Notes: generated by a model from the sequence alone, not told the origin. Shown: positions 1 through 11,268, counted from the stretch's first letter. The stretch is DNA of 15,684 nt from Octopus sinensis (GCF_006345805.1 NW_021825434.1:1-15684); one strand, 5' to 3'. Made by a program: numbers and translations.

Positions 1-45
1 ATGTACACACAACGACACGTCTACACACTGACCTAAATACTCACG

Positions 46-81
<36 letters not shown>

Positions 82-183
82 TATATATGAGCATGTACAC
101 ATATGCATACGAACACACATACACACACACACACACAAACATACATAAATAAATACACACACACTTACATACGTACATATATA
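1..183. repeat. Compound microsatellite (TACA)n/(TA)n/(CA)n
   Basis: Direct reading: catacatacatac..., atatatatat, acacacacac runs. Confidence 0.95.
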
Positions 184-419
184 TCACGAACTAACTGATA
201 CTTTCTCAGATGCTGCACGGAATTTTGTCAGTGAACAGGTCGCGGTCTCAAAGCGACGAAAATATTTTGACATATTAAATTTAAATTTTGAAGTGAATCT
301 AAAGGTTTTTGTGTGTTTCTTAAATGTCTTATAAACACCTTCCACGCTGCAATTGTTTTCGTTCCAGCACACGATCTCAGATCAGGTCACGTGCTATACA
401 AGTACATCTCCGTAAAGCT
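184..419. mobile_element. Short interspersed repeat between (TA)n tracts, carrying a hammerhead-like motif; probably a Penelope-like pLTR fragment
   Basis: About 235 bp, CpG-retaining block bounded on both sides by TA runs. It resembles a common octopus repeat (recollection). It contains an HHR-like fold at 221-274. Penelope assignment is inferred from the known link between minimal HHRs and PLE pLTRs. Confidence 0.5.
221..274 (+). ncRNA. Candidate type I hammerhead ribozyme, G3:C8 core variant
   Basis: Stem I TGTCA(226-230)/TGACA(268-272); core GTGAACA(231-237); extra G238; stem II GTCGC(239-243)/GCGAC(253-257); GAAA(258-261); palindromic stem III AATATT(261-266); H17=T267. Confidence 0.55.
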
Positions 420-3353
420 ATATATATTATATATATACGCACACACAGAGGAAGTAATGGAAGTATATAATACAAAATACTGAAATGCCAGAAAATTTGT
501 GTATAATATATACGTATAGCAAACGTACTGTTTATTGTAAGGCCGCCTTTCCCGTCTTTAAATACACCCCCCCCCCATCACCATCATTATCATTATCAAC
601 AAATAAAACAAATGAAAAAATAACAATAAAATTTTAAAATCCCTTCTTAAAATGTTCTGCTAATTGAACAGAACTAACATTCTGAATAATAAAAAAAAAA
701 TGCATATGAAAAAGAACTTGTTTTCCTCAATCACTATACAGATACTTGAGAATGTAATCAGTGAAATCCATTGTTTCTAACCAAACATTTACAGTCTAAT
801 TCATAATAGAGCAAATCCACTTTAAAACATTTTAACTACTTTGCTCTTTTTTCATTCATTCTTGCATAACATTGATTTCTTAAAACAACAAAATGTACCA
901 GATATTTATAGATGAGACATAATGATATTTTGAGGTATTAATGCCTTGAGTTTAACTTTAAACTTTTTGTTTAAATGACTCCGAAGGAGTTTAAAGGTGG
1001 TGAACGTGATGAATACTTGAGAGTTTATCTACTAATGTGTTCAGTTACTTTCTGTTCTAGTTAACAACTGTTATTTGCAAAGAGACGCATTATCACTCAA
1101 AATTGTAGCTAGTAATCATACGCATTTCGACTTCTAACTAAACCTCTGCATTACATTAAATGGGGTTAATAAAAAGAACGAACACTATTTGAATTCACCT
1201 ATAAAGGTAAAAGATATATTCACTTCTAAAAATTTAATTTACGTATTTACTGTGTAATATCGACAGGCTCTTAGTTAATGACATTTATTTTTATAATTTC
1301 TAGAAGTACGAGTACAAAATATCTTCACACTAAATATAGTAAAAATTGCGGTGCCAATAAGTTTGACTTATTTCCGAAAAAAAAAAATGGCATGTAGCGA
1401 AAAACTACCAACTAGTCCTTAAGTACTTTAAGATAACGAAGTAGGAGGTGATTTAAACTATTTGGATTAAAAAGAAGAAAAAAGCCATTTCCACTAATCT
1501 TGTGCGGTATGGATGTTACACTACCAACAGGTTATGGAGTACGATAGATAAAAAGGGTTGTTAAAATGTTTATAGCCTAAACAGAATTTGGTCCTGAGAT
1601 AGCAATCAAGACTGATAAATTACGTTTGATCGGACAACTAATAAGATGTCCATATTTCCACATGTCAAAACGCTTCGAAAGACAACGCTGATATGATGGA
1701 ACAACTACCATTAATTATTTATTTTCCTTTATGTACGCCAAGTAAATATCGACGGTTATAAAGAACAATTGTTTACGTTTAAGTTTTTAATGTAAACACT
1801 AAATGTCTAGACTCCAAACTAAAAGTTAGTCTATATGGGGGTTGCTAAAATAAACAGGAAAAAATTTTACATAATACGGAATAACTATTCTGCAACGACT
1901 CCAAGCTAGTTCCGAAGTCAAGGGACAAAACTCTTACATTGTGTTCACAATTTCTTTCATTGTATCTTTTCTAGGAATATTTTCACTATACACTGAACGG
2001 CATTTTATTATTATTAATAGCAATCTTTAATATAAAAATATAGATAACTGCAAATATGAGGCTCACTCAGTACTGCACGTAATAATAAATAACAAGTACA
2101 TAACATTTTAGCTAAGCAACATTTCCTATAAACTTAAGTGGACAGATACACTAGTCGAAGAAAACCAGTTACAGACTGCATAGACAAAAACCAGCTCACA
2201 GTATTGAATAGCTTCGTATGACGACTAAGAAATGTTGTATATTAAGAACTGGTGAGAAGAAATAAGATGGTTAAAGTCTCAGACGAAATTATAACAGATT
2301 CTATGTATGTTCTTGATAATTTAATGAACTCAGGAGGAAACAAAATATAGCTTGCTTGTCAAACAGGTTTTTCCGTAGCTTCACTGAAGAAATGGATAAT
2401 TGCATATCTTAGAGATTTACTAAGCTCTGTAGACGAGCACAGTGGAACTGAATATTTGAACATTTTGTTCGAAGATGAAAAGCGCAATATTCATTAAAGA
2501 AATAGCTGCATTTCGTTCCGTTCCATGTGCAAGAAAAAAGAATAATTGGATAATTTAATTTAGCAAAAGATTAAATATAAATAATTAATTGCAATTGGTT
2601 TCTGAACATAAAGGGCTAAACAATAGAACAAAAAATGGCTATTCACTACAGTTACGACTGATTAAAGTATTAATTTCTATAAGTAAATGCATTTATTTTT
2701 ATTTTTCAGACAGAAATTAACTGCCATCACCCCAGTTATAATGGAAAATAAGTGGGTCACTATGTTCAAATAGCAGACTTTAGATTAAACGGCAAAAAGA
2801 GATGTTTTACAGTCTAATAGAATTCCTATCTTTAATGTATGAAATCATAATTCCCAACTCAATTTGGATACTATGTTTAGGGGAGTGATAGGAATTATAA
2901 TATTTATAACCAAAATTTTCAGTCGCTCGCTTTTTGAGTTGTAACTGCATAAAAATGATACTACTACACGCCAAACATTTACTAACACACAGCTACACTT
3001 TCCTTTAATTCTTTAACAGTTGCGCCTTATTGCCGTTTAGTTAATTCATGTTACATTGTCGACATAGAACTGCTAGATGTATCCTTCAAGAGAAGAAAGA
3101 TAAAATTCATAAATTTCCAACATTTGCTTTTGAAAAATCCAATGTAGAAAGAAAATTGGACAAAAGGACACAACTAAATATATAGACACACTTGTCTATG
3201 TATACATATGTGTTTATGTGTGTGTGTAAAATGAGTGAAGACGGAGAACTTCTTACAATGCGAAAAAAAGAATAAAATTGAATAATCTGCTAGATTTCAG
3301 GTAGAAAGACCCACCGTTAGAAATAAACAAAGTATTATAGGTCTATGCAGATA

Positions 3354-3543
3354 CCTATTTCTTTACTATCCACAAGGGGCTAAATACAGAGGGGACAAAC
3401 AAGGACAGACAAACGGATTAAGTCGATTACATCGACTCCAGTGCGTAACTGGTACTTTATTTATCGACCCCGAAAGGATGAAAGGCAAAGTCGACCTCGG
3501 CGGAATTTGAACTCAGAACGTAGCGGCAGACGAAATACTGCTA
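3354..3543 (-). mobile_element. tRNA-derived SINE (octopus-type), 5'-truncated
   Basis: Minus strand has the Pol III B box GAGTTCAAATTCC (3502-3514), followed by GTCGACTTTGCCTTTCATCCTTTCGGGGTCGATAAATAAAGTACCAG, which resembles the Deu/Nin-type conserved SINE domain. The A box is missing at the truncation point. Confidence 0.85.
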
Positions 3544-3989
3544 ATATATATATATAACCAACGAAACGTACATGTCATAGAGAGAGGCGGACAGCTACAT
3601 GGATGGATAGATGTGCAGACGTGCGTGCAAAGAGATGCATTACCACCATGACTGTCACTCATAAACTAGTCTAACTTGGTTGTATGTACCAAGTTTTAAT
3701 AAATGATCGAAAGTGCCTGGAGTTATATCGGCCAGACATAATCTCGACTCTACGCTCAGTCCAGTAAAATATTGGGGATGTGTGTGTGTGACAGCTAGTG
3801 GGAAAGAGAGCTACGCTAGCACTGGGCCGATGCCCTTTTCGTCTGAGTATACAGGAACAAAGTGAAATTACTGAATTGTGCAAGGATAAAACGAGCTGCT
3901 CAATCAAATTTAAGCCCATGACCTTATCGAAATACGGATTAGGCAATACACATATATAGATACACCTGTACGTATGTATGCATGCATAT

Positions 3990-5860
3990 CTTCTCTTTCT
4001 AGCTACTCCCTCCAATCCTTAAATAATGCAGGATTATCATGTATCTTCTCTACAGTAAGACAATCATACTTTAGCCTTTCAATATTTGGCATAAAGTCAG
4101 CTCCCTCCCTAATATACCCCTATTTAGTTGAGGGGACTTTTTGTTTTAGTATGTGTCTTATATGTTACTTGGCAATCTCACTAGTACTTGTGCCACGATA
4201 AAAGTCCAAGTTCACTGTAATGTGGTTGGCTCTAGAGAGGGTGTCTAGCCATAAAGAACAACCCAAAACAGACACTAAAATATGATGCAATCCTCCAACT
4301 CATCAGATTCTGAACTGTCCAACCCATGTCAGCATGGAATCTGGATGTTAAATGATGTTGATGATCCAAGTTAAGTTGGGTCAGTATCATGACTTGCAAA
4401 CCATGAGGGATCCCAAGAGTGGGATGAGAATAAGATTCCCAACAGATTTTATAGATATTGGTACAAAATGAATGAATACAAGATGTATCTGTGGAAAATA
4501 GTGCAAGGAGCAAGGATAGCTGTATAGTTAAGAAGTATGCTGCATAACTACATCCATACCATCAAATATTCAGATTTAGAGTAGAGAGAATTTCAAAGAA
4601 ATTTAAAATAGCTTCTAGGTGAGAGTAGGCTTCTATTGTTTAGTTCAAGCCACATGGGTCTTTAATCTATATTAGTGACATAAATTTTTTCCTTGCCTGG
4701 TAAAGCAGACAGGATGTTGGTATCAGTCAGTATTCTGTAAAGTGCAATAGTTCAGTTACAACAGTTATCACATGGAGGAGTAAACAGTTTGATGGCATCA
4801 GGTCACATGAATTTGCATGGGTGATAGTAGCTGTAATCTTAATATGGACAGCTGGAATTATATACTCTGCTGTTGTGTATCAGCTAGTATTGCAATGGTA
4901 TTTCTGGGTCATCAGCTGCCAATGGCTAGAAGTTTATTGACAGAATGTATCTCTGGTAACAACTATATAAGCCAGTTTTCCTATTGACGGATACTGCAGG
5001 TTGCAGGAACAGGTACAATTTCTCATGGAAAAGTGTTGACAATTACAAGTTCTATATGTGTAAGAGGAAGTCCTGTCAATGATGCTCTATATAATGGAAG
5101 TTGTCTCCAATTCCCCAGAATCTCCAAAGTGAAACAAAGAGGTGGGGTTTTCCCCATCTTTACACCTGAAGCAGTGTATATGTTGCATGAATCTTCCTTT
5201 AAATTGGCTGTTATGCTTGTGTAAGGTTTTATGATGCCATTGGATAATGTGAGGGCAGCTCTATAGACCTCAGTCTTTGAAAAACATGATCCTCCCAGTT
5301 TGAAACTTGATAGAGTTTTAGTAATTACAGGTTAGAGTGTTGGGTGAAGACTATGTCAGTACATGAGTTGTACAGTGTAATGTTGGAAGTAATATTACCA
5401 AAACACAAGTACCTGATTTTGATCTTCAGAGAGTTGGGAAATGCTGACCAACTAGAGTCGAGAAACATCCAGATTGAATGGAGGATGGAATCAGATTACC
5501 TTTCCTTTTTCTTTCTAACCCTCTTCAGGTCTGGGGTGGGAGAGTCCATCATCCATATGCTCTAACTTATAAGTAATTCTTCCTAGCACCTTGTATGGCC
5601 CCGTTGAAGACCTCACTAGTCTGCTGATAAATTGGATAAAATTCTTCTGCTGCTATTTGTGACTAGGTTTGTAGTTATGGGTAAGGGAGGGTATCTATAA
5701 GCAATTTCTTCACTGAGCTTTCTGTAGGGATTGTACTTGCCTCTCTCAAAATCTAAGGTTGTATTCAGGAATTAGTCTTTCTTATGTTGGTGGCAGCAAA
5801 TGATTAAGCCAAAGATATCTATATCTTTGAAAGATGTTCTAGTCATCTTTCTGAGTCAAT
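3990..5860 (-). mobile_element. Highly decayed CR1/Jockey-group LINE ORF2 remnant, interrupted by a SINE
   Basis: Manual minus-strand translation across frameshifts gives motifs in the expected order: YRYPP (~5690), NSCTDIVFTQHSNL..LGGS (endonuclease C-terminus, ~5370-5290), DGMDVV..SLLLAL..SCIHSFCTN..LGIPHG (RT, GVPQG-like, ~4560-4400), and PNIERLKY..TVEK (post-RT, ~4090). Many stops; CpG depleted. Confidence 0.5.
4160..4365 (+). mobile_element. Diverged SINE body/tail with RTE-like 3' end
   Basis: gtggttggctctagagagggtgtctagccataaagaac ... ccaacccatgtcagcatggaatctggatgttaaatgatgttgatgat resembles octopus SINE/RTE 3' tails that end in (GAT)n (recollection of consensus). Confidence 0.65.
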
Positions 5861-6117
5861 AAAATAAGTACCAGATACATGTAGGCTCAGTTTCACGAAC
5901 TATACACACCAGAAATTTATGGACTTGTATCAATGTAAGAAATATTTCAATGGTAATCATAAACAGCACTTCAATGAAGTAATAACACAACTACCATTAC
6001 CCAAACGAAACCATTTTTTTTATGTCCTTAACTCTTTTCTATGAGATAAAAAAAAAAGATAAACCATATCTGAATACATAAATATGCCTTCCCACATCTT
6101 AATTTTAGCATAAAAAT

Positions 6118-6395
6118 GCTAGCCTCTCACCAACCATTCAAGAGTGGAGATTGAGGTTTGCTGGCCACTGCTGGAGAAGTAAAGAAGAACTTCTGAGTAA
6201 TGTGTTGCTGTGGACACCAAATCAAGGTACCACAGCGGCTGGAAGACCACAGAAGATGTATATACAACAGCTTGCAGATGTTGGATGCCAAGTTGAAAAC
6301 CTAAAAACACTAATGGAAAATTGGGAGGGATGAAGAGAAGTAGTCAGGCTGGCCAGGGCAATCAGCCTGACAGGATGATACCTCGATAACAAAAA
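6118..6395 (+). mobile_element. RTE-clade LINE, 5'-truncated 3' end of ORF2 plus A-rich tail
   Basis: Translation TIQEWRLRFAGHCWRSKEELLSNVLLWTPNQGTTAAGRPQKMYIQQL matches the RTE C-terminal RL.FAGH..R / GRP..Y pattern. One in-frame stop; followed by a poly-A run. Confidence 0.9.
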
Positions 6396-7211
6396 AAAAA
6401 AAAGTCACAAACATATCATCTCACATTCTCTCTTTTTAAAACTGGAGTTTTCTTGCCTCTGTAAACAGGAGACAGAATTTCTTTTATAAATTAAAAGTAA
6501 CTCCAGTGAAATAAACAAGTGAACAGTATACTAATGGACAAACAATTTACTCCTTCAATGAACCACCCATAGCCATGAAACAGAAATGGCCTTCAACTAG
6601 TTGAATTTGATATCATAATGAGGCAACAGAAAAATAATAAGTAAAAATATAAGATATCATTGAAAAGACAAAAAGAAACAAAGAAAATATGGTCAAAATA
6701 AACATAAAATACAGAAAAAAAGATAATGTAGCAGGTCCATACAAAGGGATAAAAGATTTTTCAGCTTTGTGTTTGTCTTTTTATATAGAATTGTATATGA
6801 ATAGTAAGTAAAAATATAGTAGAATGATGGAATTTTATCATGGCAATGTTGCAATAGTCACTATAGAATAAGTATCAAGCAGAATGGAGAGGCTTCTTAA
6901 AACAGCAAAACTTAACAAGAGATTTATATGTGACATCTTTACAAGGTACAATAATAATAGAGTGACATGACTAAAGCTTTCCACCAACATCTTTTACCAC
7001 AATGCACAACTGCTTGTATTCCACTTCCAACTCTTACAATTGTCTCATCTCAGTACAATGACATAAAACACAGTTAACCAAAAATAAATGCAAACACACA
7101 CACACACATGATAACTACTCCATACCAATTTTCCAACAACAGGATCATTTCTCATTCTTCTACCTATTCCATTCACTTCTGTTATTTCTTTACTAGATCA
7201 AATTAACATAC

Positions 7212-7362
7212 CCCACATCTGCTTCCTTCCCTGTTTTCACTAATGTTATCATAATCTATTGATTCAAGATTTCTCTCACAGATATATAGAAATGAGCAGT
7301 ACATGTGTACTCCTCCATCACTAAACAAGCAAAAAGAATACTTGCTCAGGCATCCTTTTATT
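7212..7362 (-). other. Possible spliced exon (151 nt) of an unidentified minus-strand transcript
   Basis: Acceptor ttctttgatttcttttcAG (AG at 7364-7363) and donor GGG|GTATGT (6 nt at 7211-7206). One frame is open (IKGCLSKYSFCLFSDGGVHMYCSFLYICERNLESIDYDNISENREGSRCG), but no protein is recognised. Confidence 0.3.
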
Positions 7363-8349
7363 CTGAAAAGAAATCAAAGAATAAACCCCGAGGATGAATT
7401 GCTCCTCTCTCCCACTACTTTCTTCTTTCATTCAAATTCTTTCAAGTTATCCTTACTCAGCAGATACTTAGCTTTTTTCCATAGGTGTGTGCAACTGTGT
7501 CTGTGTGTCAGCATGCACAGGCTGCATACACCGATGAATGCCTGTTTGCCTGTATGCAGCCCTACATATGCATATTCAATAATGCTTGCATGTGCACATT
7601 TAATTGCATACATGCATCTGTGTCAGTGTGCACAACTATACATGCAAGATCCTGACTGCCAATGAGATTCTTTGCTTTCACCTGCATGTATCTGTAAGCA
7701 TGTGTAGGGGAACACATGCACATCAGTATGTTTATATCAAAAGCAAATCATATCATTGGATGGGAAAATGGCACTTGATTGCAGTATCAAACATTTTAGA
7801 AAAATAATGACAGGAATAATTTGCTCCACTTCTATCAACAAAGCATCATTGGTGTGAAAACTAAAAATTGCATGTAGTGCATATTTCCACATTCAAGTTG
7901 TAGATGTCAGTTGTTAATACATAAACAATGCAAAATTATTTCTAAAACAAGTATAAAAATACAAATTTGGAAAGGTTTTTAGAGAGAAATTCTCTCAGAG
8001 AAAATGTAGACACTTCACAGTATAATTTAGACAAAGCAGTAAACAGGATGCATAAAGAGCAATCACAATGTGCAGAGAAATTTTTATATAAATACACACA
8101 AGCAAAATAATAGCAGCATTAAAAGAACAAAACTACACAATTAGTCAGCATTATGAGATTAACTAAAAATTAGGCCAAAGTAAAGTCAATATGCTGCCAC
8201 TATCATAGATAATAATGAAGAAAAAAATCATCTTGAAAGCAATAGTAGTTGAACTTCATTGCATCATTAGTATTATTTATCCATGTAAACAACTAACTTA
8301 AAATAAGTTAGAATGTTTCTAGAAGTGTATGTGTGTGTGTATATATATT

Positions 8350-8638
8350 CACATACTTACAGATTTTTAGCTAACACTATAGTTGATAGATGTAAACACC
8401 TGGTGTCTTTACAAAATAATCACATCAACAGAAAAAGCTAGACTAGTTTCACTTCTGTGTTAAGGTTTCATCAGTAAATAAATACTTTCTGTAATTGTTC
8501 TCAAAGACACTACTTATAAACCCACTAAGGGATTACAGAAATTGGAGAGACCAATTAGCATTACTTGTACCTTAGAAGTGTTTTATCTTAAATTTATCTT
8601 CTACTGCTCAGAATATCAATGTAGCAATAATTAAAGAC
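8350..8638 (-). mobile_element. Solo Penelope pLTR-like element with hammerhead, flanked by (TG)/(TA)/(CA) microsatellites
   Basis: About 290 bp non-microsatellite block between microsatellites, containing the HHR at 8429-8491. PLE assignment is inference. Confidence 0.45.
8429..8491 (-). ncRNA. Candidate type I hammerhead ribozyme (canonical core, GUC site)
   Basis: Minus strand: CAGAAAG..TTA-CTGATGA(8474-8468)-AACCTT aacacag AAGT-GAAA(8450-8447)-CTAG-T-C(8441)-TAG CTTTTTCTG. Stem III is the palindrome ACTAGT. Stems I and II are imperfect. Confidence 0.7.
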
Positions 8639-9195
8639 ATACACACACATACAATCATATATGTATGTGTGTGTATCATTATCTACACATGCACCCATAT
8701 ATGCACATGTATATGAGCATGAAAGCTGTAAACTGTATGACTAAAACTATTGCATTGGTCTCACAGGTACAACACTTTCAATTTTTTTTTTGGTTGACCA
8801 TACATTTGTAACGAGAAGCCATTACAACTCATAACACAGTACATGAAATAAAATTAAATAGAAAAACAATAGTTGAAAACTCTATCATATTATACAGAAT
8901 TTATAAAAAATAAGTAAATAATGGAAGTTTCAATAAAAGTAAAATACAAAACAAAAACCAACATACACTGACAGCATACATAAAATGGACCATGAAATCT
9001 ACCAGGGCTTAATCATTATATATATATTTATAATAATCGTGTTGACTATTATATCTGTAACAACAGCGTCACCATGACCCTTGGCAACCTGCTGCAAAGC
9101 ACATGAGAAACAGACCATCATTTCATTTTGATGATGAGGTTGAGAAAGTCTTGGCTCATTAATGGACTAATAGATTTAGGAATATCTTTATTCAG

Positions 9196-9235
<40 letters not shown>

Positions 9236-9250
9236 GCAATTTGATAAAAT

Positions 9251-9986
9251 CATTTACCAACTATTTCCTGGGCCATGGTTTCTAAATTTTTTTGGTAAAT
9301 TGGCCTTCTGTTTATATGTTTAATCTTGGCGTACCTGTTGATGAAGACTTCGCCTGGCAAAATATTTTATTTGTTAATAAAAGTCAGAAACCGTGGTCCA
9401 GGAAATAGAAGGTAAATGTTTTTATTGCTCATTCCCATCGAGAATTTATCCCTAATTAGTGCTTTGGACTTTAGCTGTTCCTTCTAGCATAAGGGAGTCC
9501 TATGATGGATACCTCTTAATGTGTTTAAATGTATACTGTATTTTATATAAATAAGTATAGATGCAGAAAAGATAAACAGACATAAATATATATATATATA
9601 TATAGTTATATTTTGGAATGGTCATTTTGCCAGTTTAGTCAATAAAATATAAATATATTTGTGTCTGTTTATCTTTTCTGCATCTATACGTATTTATATA
9701 AAATACATTTAAACACATTAAGAGGTATCCATCATAGGACTCCCTTATGCTAGAAGGAACAGCTAAAGTCCAAACCACTAATTAGGGATAAATTCTTGAA
9801 GGGAATGAACAATAAAAACATTTACCATCTATTTCCTGGACCATGGTTTCTGACTTTTTTTAGCAAATAAAATATTTTGCCAGGCGAAGTCTTCATCAAC
9901 ATGTACACCAAGATTAAACATATAAACACAAGACCAATTTACTAAAAAAAGTCAGAAACCATGGTCCAGGAAATAGATGGTAAATG
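9251..9986. repeat. Nested palindrome: two inverted copies of a foldback element (~335 bp arms, ~63 nt spacer)
   Basis: 9251-9590 is the reverse complement of 9654-9986, e.g. cctatgatggatacctcttaatgtgtttaaatg vs catttaaacacattaagaggtatccatcatagg. Each arm has its own ~45 bp inverted repeat (catttacca.ctatttcctgg..ccatggtttct / agaaacc.tggtccaggaaatag..ggtaaatg). Confidence 0.95.
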
Positions 9987-10189
9987 TTTTTATTTTTCAT
10001 TCATATATATATAACTAATTTTACATGTCAGTATTAGCATATATGTTCCAAAACAAACATGAAAGATTTTAAATAAAAAAAATTAAACCTGAATATAGTT
10101 GTACCTGTAATATTACATTTGAAAACAAAGCTGTTCCATATTTCAGAAATTATATAGATTGATATACAAATAAAGGTACCCAAACTAAT

Positions 10190-10890
10190 GTAGTCTTCTT
10201 TCTTGCACACTATATCTAATTACTCTTATGCCCAGTTTTGTACTCAGTCATTCATGCACTGATATTGCACATCTAGCAGAGCATGCTTGCTTCCTTTCTC
10301 TTTAGTCATCACAATTTCTCTGTATTCATTGCCCATGTCTCACTACCATAGAGTATTGCAGTTTGTACACAAGCCACCATACAATCTGCCTGTTCTTACT
10401 CTGAGTAATACACTTTCAGAACATATGCCACCACTGCTAATTAGGTCACCAAGATAACAAGCTATCTTACTACCTCTAGGGATTCTTCTGGGCATTTGAG
10501 AGTATCTATGTCCTGTGTACCCTTACTATTTACTGTTCCTGAACATCTGCTACATAGAAATCTAGCTTTCTCTGTTAACCTGCCTATGATTCCCCTACAC
10601 CTCATCTACATATCAAACAAAGCTATTTCTATGTGGTAGAGTCTAGTCAGTTTTCATATTGATTAATACTTTAGTTTTTGCTAAGTTTACTTTGAGGCCC
10701 TTAGATTTCAGATTTTGCTTCCATGCCAGGAATTTCTTCCCTAATCCTACTAAAGATTCAGTTATGAGAATGAGATCATTAGCATATAGCAGTTCCCATA
10801 TCCACCCAGTCTAAACTCTTCCAGTATTGCCTGGATGACTATGATGACTAAAAAGGAAATAAGCTCTAAACCATCATGGGCACCCACCTG
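10190..10890 (-). mobile_element. Old, internally deleted RTE-clade LINE fragment (same family type as 14001-15684)
   Basis: Minus translation IIVIQAILEEF..ELLYANDLILITESLVGLGKKFLAWKQNLKSKGLKVNLAKTKVL and later AILYGSETWA. These are collinear with the + strand RTE at 14630-15290; YADD is mutated to YAND. Confidence 0.9.
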
Positions 10891-10959
10891 CACACACCTA
10901 CAAATATGTGCATATATAAATGTATTCTGTGTTTGTTTCACTGGATTGCAATATTATCT

Positions 10960-11165
10960 GGAGTGTATATTATTAACAATAATTATAATGATAGGAAATA
11001 TGGAGACTGGTACATACTCAAAATTTTTTTATTTTATTTTATGGTTGTGCAGCAGAAATACATATAGGTCATTGTAACCATATGTTGTATGACAAACCAT
11101 AAAATAAAGGAAATAAACTTTGAGAATGTACCAGTCTCCATATTCTATCCAATAATGTTACACCA
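10960..11165. repeat. Inverted repeat at the left end of the HHR tandem (inverted partial pLTR-like)
   Basis: gataggaaatatggagactggtacatactcaaa (10990-11022) is the reverse complement of tttgagaatgtaccagtctccatattctatc (11119-11149). Symmetry continues inward to a ~9 nt loop at 11069-11077. Confidence 0.9.
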
Positions 11166-11198
11166 CTATATGTAGTGGCAATGAGTATGTGTATGATT

Positions 11199-11268
11199 AA
11201 TGGGTTAGATGAGTGCTGATGATGGAACAAAAACTCCTGAAATATGGCATATCCATCCATTACCCATT
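11199..11268 (+). ncRNA. Type I hammerhead ribozyme, copy 1 (stem II partly mutated; AUC site)
   Basis: AATGGGT-tag-ATGAGTG / CTGATGA(11216-22) / TGGAA caaaaa CTCCT / GAAA(11239-42) / TATG G CATAT / C11253 / CATCCAT-t-ACCCATT. Confidence 0.7.

Noticed and set aside
184-372. 62 aa minus ORF
   Set aside because: Lies in a repeat antisense to the HHR; no recognisable domain.
2267-2497. Reading frame containing LACQTGFSVASLKKWI, superficially helix-turn-helix-like
   Set aside because: Interrupted by a stop, short, with no other transposase or homeodomain residues; likely chance.
1950-3025. Three strong-looking plus-strand splice acceptors (~1975, ~2709, ~3019)
   Set aside because: Followed by early stops and no convincing donors; expected by chance in T-rich DNA.
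4280-5530. Isolated minus-strand CTGATGA/CTGAAGA matches (~4283, ~4910, ~5425, ~5523)
   Set aside because: No stem II/GAAA/UH architecture.
9120-9165. Degenerate HHR-like string (TTGATGA..GAAAGTCTTGGCTC)
   Set aside because: C3 is absent, and neither stem II nor a matching stem I is present; at most a dead remnant.
9338-9375. TTGATGA..CAAAATATTTT in the palindrome loop, and CTAGAAG..CAAAC in its arms
   Set aside because: All four copies lack the conserved C3 and GAAA, and the helices do not close; not supportable as a hammerhead.
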